Below, in pieces: positions 17,170-26,825 of a DNA stretch of 32,000 nt (position 1 is its first letter; every line of letters starts with the position of its first letter). Origin of the DNA: Clostridium culturomicium (GTDB lineage Bacteria > Bacillota > Clostridia > Clostridiales > Clostridiaceae); contig NZ_CCXK01000015.1 in NCBI RefSeq assembly GCF_000821305.1, positions 463,312-495,311 of the forward strand, given 5' to 3'. Below the pieces are notes generated by a model that saw only the letters and a list, made by a program, of their open reading frames with translations, did no database searches and had not been told where the DNA came from. The translations under genes and the position numbers were made by a program.

Positions 17170-18012
17170 TTATTTAGATTTCACATTCTTAATTGCATTT
17201 GCCAAATTAGCAAATTCTTGTATAGTTAAAGTTTCACCTCTTCTTGTTGGCTCGATACCTGCATCTGCAAAAGCTTTCTCTTGCAAGTCTTTTTCTAAAC
17301 CTAAACTCTTCGTACTATTCCATAAAGTTTTTCTTCTCATATTAAATGACTGTTTAACTATATTAAAGAATAATTTTTTATCCTCAACTTCAACCCTTGG
17401 CTTATCTAACTTATCTAATCTTATAACAATAGAATCAACCTTTGGTGAAGGTATAAAGCAGCTTGGTGGAACTAATCTTATTATCTTTGTATCACAATAA
17501 TACTTACAAAGCAGAGTAAATGCACCATACTCTTTTGTACATGGTTCCCCATTTATTCTTTCCGCAACTTCTTTTTGTATCATTATGGTGATAGATTTTA
17601 TGTTTAATTCTTCGTTTAATAAATTAGCTATAATTGGTGTTGTTACATAGTATGGCAGATTAGCAACAACTTTAACATTTTTCTCATCCCCAATAAGCTC
17701 TTTATAATCAACCTTTAAGGCATCCTTATGAATTAAGTTGAAGTTATCATAACTTGAAAGCTCAGCTTCTAATATTGGTATAAGCTTTGAATCAAGCTCA
17801 ATACTTGTAACCTTTCTTGCCCTTTGAATTAACTCCTTAGTTAAAGTCCCTACACCTGGTCCAATCTCTATAACATAATCATCCTTAGATATTTCTGCAC
17901 CATTAACTATATCATCTAAAACTGTCTCATCAGTTAAAAAGTTTTGTCCTAAACTCTTCGTAAACCTAAAATTATACTTTTCAACCAAATCTCTTGTATC
18001 TAATCTGCTCAT
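17170..18012 (-). CDS. rsmA: 16S rRNA (adenine1518/1519-N6) dimethyltransferase RsmA/KsgA
   Basis: 280 aa. SLGQNFL start motif, SAM-binding [10 protein letters not shown] and [10 protein letters not shown]. It lies in the conserved position after rnmV. Confidence 0.95.
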   Translation of the reverse strand: MSRLDTRDLVEKYNFRFTKSLGQNFLTDETVLDDIVNGAEISKDDYVIEIGPGVGTLTKELIQRARKVTSIELDSKLIPILEAELSSYDNFNLIHKDALKVDYKELIGDEKNVKVVANLPYYVTTPIIANLLNEELNIKSITIMIQKEVAERINGEPCTKEYGAFTLLCKYYCDTKIIRLVPPSCFIPSPKVDSIVIRLDKLDKPRVEVEDKKLFFNIVKQSFNMRRKTLWNSTKSLGLEKDLQEKAFADAGIEPTRRGETLTIQEFANLANAIKNVKSK

Positions 18013-18013
18013 T

Positions 18014-18556
18014 CTATATCTCCTTATCTATCTTGTTCATTGCTTCAATGAATTCCTCTTTTGAAATACCATAATTATTTAATCTAGTTAGAAGTTGATT
18101 AGTATTACAATAACCGATTCCTAATTCTCTTCCGACTGCATCTCTTCTTTTTCTAGCATCCTTATCCGCTGTAAGCTTAAAGAAATGCATATCTTGTATA
18201 GTAAACTCAGTTCTCTTTTCTTTCAATTCACACTTAGCACCATTTAAAGCTTTTATTATTGTTTCTGGAGATGCATTTTCAACACCTATGTCATCCCCCT
18301 TACGCCCTTCACTTTGAGTTATATATGCATGTTTTATATCTGGAACTCTTTTAGAAATTATTCTTCTTATTTTTTCGCCGGCAAAGTCTGGGTCTGTTAA
18401 TACAATCACACCCTGTCTCTTGTTTGCCTCTTTAATTTTATCAATTATCTTACTGTTTATTCCAAACCCACTAACTGAAATTACTTCTGCATCAACAGCT
18501 CTCTTCACTGCTGTTACATCATCTCTTCCTTCAACAACTATTACTTCCTTAATCAT
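18014..18556 (-). CDS. rnmV: Ribonuclease M5 (Toprim domain)
   Basis: [21 protein letters not shown].. and [10 protein letters not shown] Toprim motifs. ATG 18556 has GGAGG 5 nt upstream and is preferred over the track start 18574. Its stop lies 1 nt from the rsmA start, suggesting coupling. Confidence 0.9.
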   Translation of the reverse strand: MIKEVIVVEGRDDVTAVKRAVDAEVISVSGFGINSKIIDKIKEANKRQGVIVLTDPDFAGEKIRRIISKRVPDIKHAYITQSEGRKGDDIGVENASPETIIKALNGAKCELKEKRTEFTIQDMHFFKLTADKDARKRRDAVGRELGIGYCNTNQLLTRLNNYGISKEEFIEAMNKIDKEI

Positions 18557-18684
18557 ATTATCCTCCGATATCATCCTATATGTATATAGCTTACGCTTAC
18601 GTAAATAATTTATATTATCATTTTTATTGTGATCAATCTATTGTAATTATATCATAGCCTCTTTAAATTTATACAAAAATAATA

Positions 18685-18718
18685 GACAAATAAAAATAGG
18701 AGCATATGCTCCTATTTT
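18685..18718 (-). terminator. Terminator overlapping the yabE-like stop codon
   Basis: Palindrome aaaataggagcatatgctcctatttt with a U-rich tail on the minus strand. Confidence 0.65.
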
Positions 18719-19737
18719 AAAATATATACATTAACCTGTCTTCTACCCCAACTAACACATTCCTCATAGGTATTAAAGTATACATCAACTATATTTCCTT
18801 TAATTGCTCCACCTGTATCTGCGGCGATAGCTAGTCCATATCCTTCGATGTAAAGCTTAGTTCCTAATGGAATAACTCTTGGGTCAACTGCTACTGTACT
18901 GTATCCATTTGGATCACGACTTACTGTAGCTCCTGTAGCTGTTATAGTACCTGAGTCTCCTCTATCTGCGGTATAAGCTGTAGATTCACAAGATAAAACG
19001 CTTGAATATGCGTATTCTACATTACTATCACCACGAGAAGGTCTTACAACCGCCATTGTACCTATTTCAACAACTTTATTTATAGGATTTTTGCTTACTG
19101 TTTCTTCAACAACTCTTCTTCTAACTTCTTTTCCATTTTCATACACAACCTCTGTTATGATTTTTCTTTCACCTTCAGATCCTTCTTGTACTACTTGTTC
19201 TATTCCTTGTTTAAGTTCAGAATTGTTTTTTGTTTCAGTGTCAAAAGCAATTGGTTGAAATTCTGTTACAAGCTCTTTGTTTACCCTGGTAATTTCAATT
19301 GTCATTCCAGACTTTAAAGCTTGATCTACTGAAGGTTCTATCATGTCCTCTTCACCAACAGTGATATTTTCCGCTGTTAGCATGTCCTTAATAGTTTTTT
19401 CAGCAGAAGTTATAGGCATAATATCTCCGTCTATAACTATTTCAACATTAACTGCTTTATCAATATAAATTATGTCACCATCGTTAATTTTGCTGTCTAA
19501 TGCTACAGATATCTTATCCTTATCTGCAACTGTTATGCCGTTGTCTTTAAGAATATTTTTTAAATTTTTAGATAGCGTAGTTATTTCTACTGTCTGTCCA
19601 TCAATTACAACATCTATAGTGTTCTTCAAACTATACATTGCTACTGTGGCACTTAATAGAATTAACACAACAACGAACACCGTCTTTGGCCAAATTGAAG
19701 AAACATTCTTCAATTTATCTTTGAAATTGTTTATCAT
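18712..19737 (-). CDS. YabE-like cell-wall protein (N-terminal TM, DUF348 repeats, G5 domain, C-terminal 3D domain)
   Basis: 341 aa. TM anchor [16 protein letters not shown]. Repeated V-x-IDG...T-type DUF348 modules. G5-like [24 protein letters not shown]. The C-terminal 3D-type region is [55 protein letters not shown]. Position matches the Bacillus metS-yabD-yabE-rnmV-ksgA order. Confidence 0.85.
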   Translation of the reverse strand: [341 protein letters not shown]

Positions 19738-19771
19738 AAAGATTACCTCCCTCAGACAAGAGTACTTCGCT

Positions 19772-19800
19772 ATTATATATTAAGTCATATTTAATGTCAA
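19772..19800 (-). promoter_or_regulatory. Consensus sigma-A promoter of the yabE-like gene
   Basis: Minus strand TTGACA (19800-19795), exactly 17 nt, TATAAT (19777-19772). A short leader runs to SD GGGAGG. Confidence 0.7.
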
Positions 19801-20026
19801 ACTAGCACTCCAATCGTCAACACATTGAACTATATGCATAGTAATGCATATTATAAAAAATATAAAATGATAGCTATCAGAAATTATCAATATGGTTTCT
19901 AGGTTTATTAAGGTGATAATCGCTTATTTGTAATATACATATGCATTTTATAGCTCAATTATTCTATCTTTTATTTGATAAATCTTCAGGTGTTATAGTA
20001 GTTACATTTTAGATTATATACTATTT

Positions 20027-20788
20027 TTAAATTTTAAACAAGCTTTTAGTGTTAAATATTGTAAATTCACTTATTTCATCAACAGTCAAACCTTTAATTT
20101 CAGCTATTACTTTCATTATGTATTCTATATAATCAGATTGATTTCTCTTGCCTCTATGTGGCGTTGGAGCCATGTACGGACAATCTGTTTCAACTAAAAG
20201 CCTTTCAATTGGTATATTCTTAACAACTTCCTTTATAACCTTTGAATTCTTAAAGGTAACAACACCTGTAACTCCAATATAATATCCAAGTTTAATACAT
20301 TCTTTTGCAAATTCAACACTTCCTGAAAAGCAATGAACCACACCTGTAACCCCTGGATACTCCTTCATTATTGCTAAAGTATCTCCATGGGCCTCTCTAT
20401 CATGAATTATTACTGGAAGGTTATATTGTTTAGCTATTTCCATTTGAGTTCTAAACACCTGTTTTTGAACTTCCTTCGGTGGATTCTCTTCCCAATAATA
20501 ATCTAATCCAATCTCACCTACTGCAACTATTTTTTTAGCTTCTGAAAGCTCTTCTATTCTTCTTTTTACACTTTCATTAAACTCATCTGCATTTTCAGGA
20601 TGAATTCCAGCCGCCGCATGTACAAAGTCATACTCCTGCGAAAGCTTTACTGACATTTCTAGTCCCTCTAAACTTGAACCACAGTTAATAATTCCAACAA
20701 CTCCATTGTTCTTTAGTGACTTCAATAATTCTGCTCTATCTTCATTAAATTGTTCATCATCATAATGTGCGTGTGAATCAAATATCAT
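20027..20788 (-). CDS. tatD: TatD-family metal-dependent DNase/hydrolase
   Basis: MIFDSHAHYDD.. (the HxH motif), plus GEIGLDYY, IHDREAH, HCFSG and ETDCPY. ATG 20788 is preferred because GGAGA lies 6 nt upstream. The track start 20830 adds 14 non-conserved residues. Confidence 0.92.
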   Translation of the reverse strand: MIFDSHAHYDDEQFNEDRAELLKSLKNNGVVGIINCGSSLEGLEMSVKLSQEYDFVHAAAGIHPENADEFNESVKRRIEELSEAKKIVAVGEIGLDYYWEENPPKEVQKQVFRTQMEIAKQYNLPVIIHDREAHGDTLAIMKEYPGVTGVVHCFSGSVEFAKECIKLGYYIGVTGVVTFKNSKVIKEVVKNIPIERLLVETDCPYMAPTPHRGKRNQSDYIEYIMKVIAEIKGLTVDEISEFTIFNTKSLFKI

Positions 20789-20849
20789 AATCATTCTCCA
20801 TTCTTCTTTATATGTTAAATATTTTACCACATACTATAAATTTTACCCA

Positions 20850-20884
20850 CAAAAAAGGTTCATCATAAACTTTATGATGAACCC
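20850..20884 (-). terminator. Rho-independent terminator after metG
   Basis: ggttcatcataaa-c-tttatgatgaacc with a UUUUUU tail on the minus strand. Confidence 0.8.
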
Positions 20885-20897
20885 TTGTATTCTTTTT

Positions 20898-22838
20898 TTA
20901 TCTCACTATTGAACCTGACTCAATTTCGCCAGGATCTGCTACAAATAATTTAGAATCATCATCTGTCGCAGCACATAAAATCATTCCTTGTGACAATTCG
21001 CCCCTTAAAGTTACAGGCTTAAGGTTTGCTACAAGAACAACATTTTTACCTACTAACTCTTCTGGCTTGTAGTGCATTGCAATTCCTGATATAACCTGAC
21101 GAACTTCTCCACCTAAGTCAACTTTAAGTTTTAAAAGTTTCTTAGCCTTTTTAACTGGCTCGCACTCTAAAACTTTAACTACTCTTAAATCAATTTTCTC
21201 GAAATCGTCTATAGTTATTTCTTCTTTGATTGGAGTAATCTCTCTCTTTGCCTCTGCCTTTTCTTGCTCTGCTTTTCTTTTTTCTATTTCAGCAACTATA
21301 GCTTCAACATCTAATCTTGGGAATATAGCTGCACCTCTGTTAACCTTAGTTCCGGCTACAGTTCCATCAAATGAATTTAAGCTTTCTAAATCTGTTTTTG
21401 AAATATTAAGCTGCTCATTTATTTTTACACTTGTTTCTGGTAAGAAAGGTACAAGTAAGCTTGATACAAATCTTATGCTTTCACATAAGTTGTAAAGCAC
21501 TGTAGCAAGTCTGTCCTTTTGAGTTTCATCTTTTCCAAGAACCCAAGGAGTTGTTTCATCTATATATTTATTTGTTCTTCTAATTAAGTTCCAGATCTGA
21601 TCTAAAGCATCTGCAATTCTTAAGTGCTCCATTTTATCTGCTACTTTTTTAGGTGTTGCAAGTGCTAATGAAATAAGCTCTTCATCAACAGCTTCCTTAA
21701 CCACTGGTGCTGGAATTACTCCCTCAAAATACTTTTCAACCATTGTAACTGTTCTAGAAACAAGGTTTCCTAAAGTATTAGCAAGGTCTGAATTGATTCT
21801 TTCTGCAACAAGCTCCCAAGTTATCACACCATCATTGTCAAATGGCATTTCGTGAAGGACAAAGTAACGAACTGCATCAACACCAAAGAATTCTACTAAA
21901 TCATCAGCATATATAACATTCCCCTTTGATTTACTCATCTTTCCATCACCTTGTAAAAGCCATGGGTGACCAAAGATTTGCTTTGGTAGCGGAATATCAA
22001 GGGCCATTAACATTATTGGCCAGTAAATTGTGTGGAAACGAAGAATATCCTTACCAATTAAGTGTAAATCAGCTGGCCAGAACTTTGTATAAAGCTCAGA
22101 ATGGTCTCCATCTAAATCATATCCAAGTCCTGTTATATAGTTTGAAAGGGCATCAAGCCATACATATACAACATGCTTATCATCAAAATCTACTGGTATA
22201 CCCCATTTAAATGATGTTCTTGATACACATAAATCTTGTAATCCTGGTAATAAGAAGTTATTCATCATCTCATTTTTACGAGATTCAGGCTGAATGAATT
22301 CTGGATGAGTATTTATATGCTCGATTAATCTATCAGTATACTTGCTAAGCTTTAAGAAGTAAGCTTCCTCCTTAGCTGGCTCAACTTCTCTTCCGCAATC
22401 TGGACATTTTCCATCAACTAATTGAGATGCTGTGAAGAAAGACTCACATGGTGTACAATACATTCCTTCATAATGACCTTTATATATATCTCCTTGCTCA
22501 TAAAGCTTCTTGAAGATTTTTTGAACCTGCTTTTCATGATATTCATCAGTTGTTCTAACAAATTTATCATAAGATGTATTCATTAAATCCCAGATTCCTT
22601 TAATCTGTCCTGCTACTCCATCAACAAATTCCTGTGGTGTAATATTAGCCTCTTGAGCCTTTAACTCAATTTTTTGACCATGCTCATCTGTTCCTGTTTG
22701 GAACTGAACATCGTATCCTTGTAATCTTTTAAATCTTGCTATACTATCAGCTAAAACTATTTCATAAGTATTCCCAATATGCGGTTTACCTGAAGTATAT
22801 GCGATTGCAGTAGTAATATAATATGGTTTCTTTGACAT
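20898..22838 (-). CDS. metG: Methionyl-tRNA synthetase with C-terminal tRNA-binding (Trbp111/EMAP-like) domain
   Basis: 646 aa. HIGH-type (GKPHIGNTYE), KMSKS (GKMSKSKGN), zinc knuckles CTPCESF..CPDCG, and a C-terminal OB-fold segment IDLRVVKVLECEPVKKAKKLLKLKVDLG. Preceded by a Met T-box. Confidence 0.96.
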   Translation of the reverse strand: MSKKPYYITTAIAYTSGKPHIGNTYEIVLADSIARFKRLQGYDVQFQTGTDEHGQKIELKAQEANITPQEFVDGVAGQIKGIWDLMNTSYDKFVRTTDEYHEKQVQKIFKKLYEQGDIYKGHYEGMYCTPCESFFTASQLVDGKCPDCGREVEPAKEEAYFLKLSKYTDRLIEHINTHPEFIQPESRKNEMMNNFLLPGLQDLCVSRTSFKWGIPVDFDDKHVVYVWLDALSNYITGLGYDLDGDHSELYTKFWPADLHLIGKDILRFHTIYWPIMLMALDIPLPKQIFGHPWLLQGDGKMSKSKGNVIYADDLVEFFGVDAVRYFVLHEMPFDNDGVITWELVAERINSDLANTLGNLVSRTVTMVEKYFEGVIPAPVVKEAVDEELISLALATPKKVADKMEHLRIADALDQIWNLIRRTNKYIDETTPWVLGKDETQKDRLATVLYNLCESIRFVSSLLVPFLPETSVKINEQLNISKTDLESLNSFDGTVAGTKVNRGAAIFPRLDVEAIVAEIEKRKAEQEKAEAKREITPIKEEITIDDFEKIDLRVVKVLECEPVKKAKKLLKLKVDLGGEVRQVISGIAMHYKPEELVGKNVVLVANLKPVTLRGELSQGMILCAATDDDSKLFVADPGEIESGSIVR

Positions 22839-22887
22839 ATATTTTCCTCCTCTAGTTCTATCTAAATTTATAAAAATTATCTAATTA

Positions 22888-23160
22888 AAAATAAAAAGCC
22901 TCTATGTAGAATATGTTCTACATAGAGGCGTTATATACGCGTTACCACTCTAATTTATACCTTTCTCACGAAAAATACCTTAATAAGTAACTCCATCCAA
23001 TGGATTTTTATTACTTTGTCATGTAAGGGTGACTGCCCTATCTTCCTAGGCTTAAGCTTCAGAAAATCTGCTCCAAGACCATATTCCTAAGCTTCCTTAA
23101 CGCTAGCTTTCACCTTTTCTAGCTCTCTGTAGAAAATTCCCCTCAGTACTCTTCTTTTCA
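22888..23160 (-). promoter_or_regulatory. T-box leader (Met specifier AUG) with intrinsic terminator, upstream of metG
   Basis: Read on the minus strand: AGAGAGCUAGAAAAGGUGAAAGCUAGC (Stem I distal elements); specifier context GGAAUAUGGUC, with AUG being the complement of 23080-23082; T-box AAAUUAGAGUGGUAACGCG (22938-22956). The terminator is GCCUCUAUGUAGAACAUAUUCUACAUAGAGGC followed by UUUUUAUUUUU. Confidence 0.9.
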
Positions 23161-23187
23161 TAGCATTATTAAAATTTAAAATTGAAG

Positions 23188-23307
23188 CTCCTCCTCATAT
23201 TCATTCGGTGGAATGCTCAAAGAGTAAGTTCCTATAACCAAATCATAAATTTGGACATTCACTTAACTCCCACTATCTAAATCAAAGATTTAGAGTGTCA
23301 CTTAAAT
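23188..23307. repeat. Second locus of the hairpin-module repeat family (units at 23219-23270 and 23271-23307 plus a homologous flank at 23188-23208)
   Basis: The reverse complement of 23225-23269 (ttaagtgaatgtccaaatttatgatttggttataggaacttactc) aligns with 10835-10880 (ttaagtgaacatccaaatctttgatttagctaatgcgaacttactc) at about 80% identity by eye. The 15-mer aaatctttgatttag (10849-10863) equals the reverse complement of 23277-23291. The flank ctcctcctcatattcattcg matches ctccttctcatgtttattcg. Confidence 0.75.
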
Positions 23308-23334
23308 AATAATACTATAGCTATAATATGTCAA
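23306..23334 (-). promoter_or_regulatory. Near-consensus sigma-A promoter firing toward the repeat module and the metG T-box leader
   Basis: Minus strand TTGACA (23334-23329), exactly 17 nt, TATTAT (23311-23306). The first repeat unit (UUAAGUGACACUCUAAAUCUUUGAUUUAG) starts immediately downstream. Confidence 0.6.
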
Positions 23335-23540
23335 CGATATAATCTTATTGCCATAATAAAATATTTTATTAACACTTTATTTTTCATTCCACACCTATTT
23401 TTTTACTCAAATATGAATTATGATTATATATGTGGTATTTGTATTAAATTACATTTATTTAAATATAAACCATGAATATTCGATATTTATCACTTTATAT
23501 GATATATCATTATACTTTTTCTTAAGGAGGGGAATCAATT

Positions 23541-24920
23541 TTGGAATTTATAAGAAATAATCTATCTTTAAATAAATCTACTGTAAAAGATGTATTAAAA
23601 CTATCATTACCAGCAGTTGTTGAAATGATGTTATATACTATGATTTGGACTGTAGATACCATGATGATCGGACAATATGGTGGTGATTTGGCAGTTAGTA
23701 CTGTGGGAATATCCTGCGAAGTTATCTACACCTTCACAAATATCCTTGTTGCTCAAAGCTTATCTGTTGGTATTACCTCTATAGTTGCAAGACGATATGG
23801 AGCTAAGGAATATAATATCGCCGAAGAATATGCAACCATTGGTGTTGGATTAGGTGCTATCGTCAGCTTTATAACTACTATTTTTATTTTTTTCTTCAGC
23901 AAGAAATTATTAATAATAGCAGGTGCTGAGCCAAGCATCATAAGCCTTGGAAAAGTATATATCAACATTGTTTGTATTGGACTTCCTTTTAATATGCTTA
24001 GCAGTATGTTGGCAGCTGTAAACCGATCTTATGGAAATACAAAGACACCTATGTTGGTATCAATTGTAATGCTTATTGTAAATCTAACTCTAGATGCAAT
24101 CCTGATTTTTGGTTTGTTCGGCTTTCCCGAATTAGGTGTAGCTGGTGCAGCTCTAGCCACAACTATTGCCAACATAGCTGGTTTTACTTATTCAGCTATC
24201 TATACTTATAAAAAATCAAAAATAAAAATTCATGCTAAATACTTAAAAAAGCTTTGTGGTTTCAAACTTAAAGATATAACCTTATTATCTATTCCAGCCG
24301 GCATGCAGGAGGCTGCATACAGTATCGCACGCCTATTAACCAGCATGATGATTATGCATCTTGGTACAGTCGCCTTTGCAGCAAATCAAATAACCCTGAC
24401 CCTTGAGAATATTTCCTTCATGCCTGGATGGGGATTTGCCGTAGCTGCAACGACACTAGTCGGAAACAAGGTTGGAGAAGGAGATTATAAAAAAGCACGT
24501 GAATATGGAAGAACTGCTGGTATTCTTGGTCTGAGTGTTATGCTTGTGTTTACTTTGTTATTTCTGATTTTCCCAACACAACTTATTAGGATGTTTATAA
24601 GTGGTGAAAGCACAGAAGTAATCACTCTTGGAGCCGCTTGTCTTATGATTGCTGCCGCAGAGCAGCCAATGATTGCAATTTCAATGATTGTTGGAGGTAT
24701 TTTTAAAGGGTATGGTAATACTAAAACTCCATTTAAAATAGCCTTTCTTACCTCTTGGCTTATAAGACTACCTTTAGTATTTATCTTCATATATATCCTT
24801 GAATCACCGATTACAACCTTCTGGTTTATCTGCCTAATTCAATGGACTGTAGACGGAAGCTTACTTTATATTTTCTATAATAAAAAATTAAAACCTATCA
24901 ATAACGAAAACATACTTTAA
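23541..24920 (+). CDS. MATE-family efflux transporter
   Basis: 459 aa with about 12 TM segments. MATE-like N-terminus (LKLSLPAVVEMMLYTMIWTVDTMMIGQYG) and an internal duplication. TTG start with SD AAGGAGGGG upstream. Confidence 0.9.
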   Translation: MEFIRNNLSLNKSTVKDVLKLSLPAVVEMMLYTMIWTVDTMMIGQYGGDLAVSTVGISCEVIYTFTNILVAQSLSVGITSIVARRYGAKEYNIAEEYATIGVGLGAIVSFITTIFIFFFSKKLLIIAGAEPSIISLGKVYINIVCIGLPFNMLSSMLAAVNRSYGNTKTPMLVSIVMLIVNLTLDAILIFGLFGFPELGVAGAALATTIANIAGFTYSAIYTYKKSKIKIHAKYLKKLCGFKLKDITLLSIPAGMQEAAYSIARLLTSMMIMHLGTVAFAANQITLTLENISFMPGWGFAVAATTLVGNKVGEGDYKKAREYGRTAGILGLSVMLVFTLLFLIFPTQLIRMFISGESTEVITLGAACLMIAAAEQPMIAISMIVGGIFKGYGNTKTPFKIAFLTSWLIRLPLVFIFIYILESPITTFWFICLIQWTVDGSLLYIFYNKKLKPINNENIL

Positions 24921-24924
24921 AAAC

Positions 24925-24958
24925 TAAGGAGCTTAAGCATCAGCTTAAGCTCCTTTTA
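24925..24958. terminator. Bidirectional terminator between MATE and spmB
   Basis: aaggagcttaagc-atca-gcttaagctcctt followed by tt. Confidence 0.8.
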
Positions 24959-25486
24959 TCTAATTAAAAATGCCGCTAAATTTACTGCAATCAGAACTGC
25001 ACATAAATCTACTATTAAAGCTACCCATAAGCTATGTCTAATTTTTTTAATTCCAACAGCACCAAAATATACTGTTAGAGTATAAAAAATTGTTTCTGTA
25101 CCTCCCATAATAATTGAAGACAAAAATCCTAAATATGAATCTGGACCATAACTTTTAACTAAATCTGTAAAGACTCCTACTGCACCACTTCCTGATAAAG
25201 GCTTTATTAACACTAATGGAACTATTTCCGGAGGTATTCCAACTAAATTCACACCTGGTTTTACTAATTTAATAAAATAATCCATTGCTCCAGATGCCTT
25301 AAAGCAGTTCACCGCTATAAGCATAGCTAATAAATATGGAAAAATCCTAAGACACACACTCATTCCATCCTTTGCACCTTCAATAAAGCACTCGTACACC
25401 TTTACTTTTTTTATTATCCCATACAATACTACTGCACCTATAATTATTGGAATTATTCCCTTTAATATATAACTAAATATACCCAT
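24956..25486 (-). CDS. spmB: Spore maturation protein B
   Basis: 176-aa membrane protein of nucleoside-transporter/gate-domain type, immediately downstream of spmA. Its SD AGGAGG lies within the end of spmA. Confidence 0.85.
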   Translation of the reverse strand: MGIFSYILKGIIPIIIGAVVLYGIIKKVKVYECFIEGAKDGMSVCLRIFPYLLAMLIAVNCFKASGAMDYFIKLVKPGVNLVGIPPEIVPLVLIKPLSGSGAVGVFTDLVKSYGPDSYLGFLSSIIMGGTETIFYTLTVYFGAVGIKKIRHSLWVALIVDLCAVLIAVNLAAFLIR

Positions 25487-25498
25487 AGCCTTCTCCTC

Positions 25499-26074
25499 CT
25501 AAAAATGCTTTTGTAACAGCTTACATAAGGTTATACCTATTACTGAAGCTGAAGTAGTTACACATAATGCTGGCAATATTATTGCTCCTGGATTTGCTGA
25601 CCCAACAGCTGCTCTAATTGAAACTACTGTAGTTGGTACAAATTGAATACATGCTGCATTTAATATTAAAAATAAAACCATATCATTACTTGCCTTTTCC
25701 TTATGACCGTTTAATCTATCCATTTCCTCCATAGCTTTAATTCCAAAAGGTGTTGCCGCATTTGATAAACCAAACATATTTGCAGTAATATTCATTACAA
25801 TTGCACCTAAAGCTTTATCATCCTGACCAGCCTCCTTAAAAATCAACCTAAGCACTGGCTTCAATCCCTTTGCTAATTTATCTGTTAACCCGCTTTTCTC
25901 AGCAATTTTCATTACGCCACACCAAAGACACATCATCCCGAGTAATTGAACAATTAACTGTACAGTATCCTCAGTTGTTGTAACAATAGTCTTAGATAAA
26001 AGTTCACCATTACCAGATGCTAGTCCAAAAACTATTCCTATAAATAAAATTCCAAACCATATAACATTAATCAT
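25499..26074 (-). CDS. spmA: Spore maturation protein A
   Basis: Membrane protein MINVIWFGILFIGIVFGL.. typical of SpmA. ATG 26074 has GGGGGG upstream and is preferred over the track's TTG at 26110. Confidence 0.85.
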   Translation of the reverse strand: MINVIWFGILFIGIVFGLASGNGELLSKTIVTTTEDTVQLIVQLLGMMCLWCGVMKIAEKSGLTDKLAKGLKPVLRLIFKEAGQDDKALGAIVMNITANMFGLSNAATPFGIKAMEEMDRLNGHKEKASNDMVLFLILNAACIQFVPTTVVSIRAAVGSANPGAIILPALCVTTSASVIGITLCKLLQKHF

Positions 26075-26274
26075 TCCAAGTACCCCCCATAAAACTTTAT
26101 TACTATTCAATTTAATATGATAATACCCATTAATATTATTCGTTTCTAAACCATGTATATGAGGAATACTTGTCCATTATTTAATTTTAAAGAAATTTGT
26201 TTAATTCATATTTTTAATTATAAAATTTTCCTTTTGGGAAATACTATAAAAAACAACATAAGGAGGATATGTGC

Positions 26275-26481
26275 GTGGATTTAAATAAAATTATTGAAAT
26301 GAAAAATCAAAGTCCTGGAGCCACTGCTACTTATAACAATAGAGAAATTTTTATAAGAAAAATCTATGATAACAGTGGTTTAGTCGAAGTAGTTGATTTA
26401 ATTAATGGTGATGTTTATACCCTTCATAGCAGCAAAATTGATGCACCACTTCCAAATTCCGCTTCACACAGCTTTCAATAA
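26275..26481 (+). CDS. Small acid-soluble spore protein, H-type (SspH-like)
   Basis: (V)DLNKIIEMKNQSPGATATYNNREIFIRKIYDNSGLVEVVDLINGDVYTLHSSKI follows the SspH pattern (..AKEI..S.....V.Y.G.PI.I..V.....A.V..L......V....L). The GTG at 26275 lies 8 nt after AAGGAGG. ATG 26269 is too close to the SD. Confidence 0.5.
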   Translation: MDLNKIIEMKNQSPGATATYNNREIFIRKIYDNSGLVEVVDLINGDVYTLHSSKIDAPLPNSASHSFQ

Positions 26482-26579
26482 ACCCTTCTTTAAAAACATA
26501 TTTGGGTTGAATTTAAATCTTCTCAATGATAACATTTAAGATAGAAGTAAATAGAATTTAATTTAAAAGGAGATTTTTT

Positions 26580-26765
26580 ATGAACGAAAGCAACTTAAAG
26601 CAAGCGCAAAAGGAAATTGATGAAGCCCTTTCTACTATTGAGAAGTTAGAAGAAACTATCCAAACAGACTCTATATCTGATGAGATAATTAAAGAAAACT
26701 TTTTATCTCTATCAAATAAGGTTCGTGAAATAGAAGCAGTTCTAAAAAATGAAGGTATTTTATAG
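26580..26765 (+). CDS. Small hypothetical helical/coiled-coil protein (61 aa)
   Basis: SD AAAAGGAG lies 7 nt upstream of the ATG. The sequence is heptad-like and acidic (KQAQKEIDEALSTIEKLEETIQ). A strong terminator follows directly. The antisense ORF 26558..26791 is rejected. Confidence 0.5.
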   Translation: MNESNLKQAQKEIDEALSTIEKLEETIQTDSISDEIIKENFLSLSNKVREIEAVLKNEGIL

Positions 26766-26780
26766 TCTAATTGTTTACAT

Positions 26781-26825
26781 AAAAGAAGCACAACTACATC
26801 AAATTGTAGTTGTGCTTCTTATTTT
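26781..26825. terminator. Bidirectional terminator (small ORF / pepA)
   Basis: agaagcacaactaca-tcaaat-tgtagttgtgcttct, a 15-bp stem flanked by aaa and tatttt. Confidence 0.8.

Noticed and set aside
19738-20026. A c-di-AMP (ydaO-type) riboswitch in the long intergenic region upstream of the yabE-like gene, and likewise upstream of the P60 hydrolase (10990-11148). Such wall-remodelling genes often carry it.
   Set aside because: I found no ydaO-like conserved blocks (ACGGGG, CCCGA-type, pseudo-twofold architecture). Instead a consensus TTGACA-17-TATAAT promoter sits only about 35 nt from the start codon. The rest is AT-rich spacer with only a weak AT-only hairpin (atatgcat-agta-atgcatat, 19832-19851).
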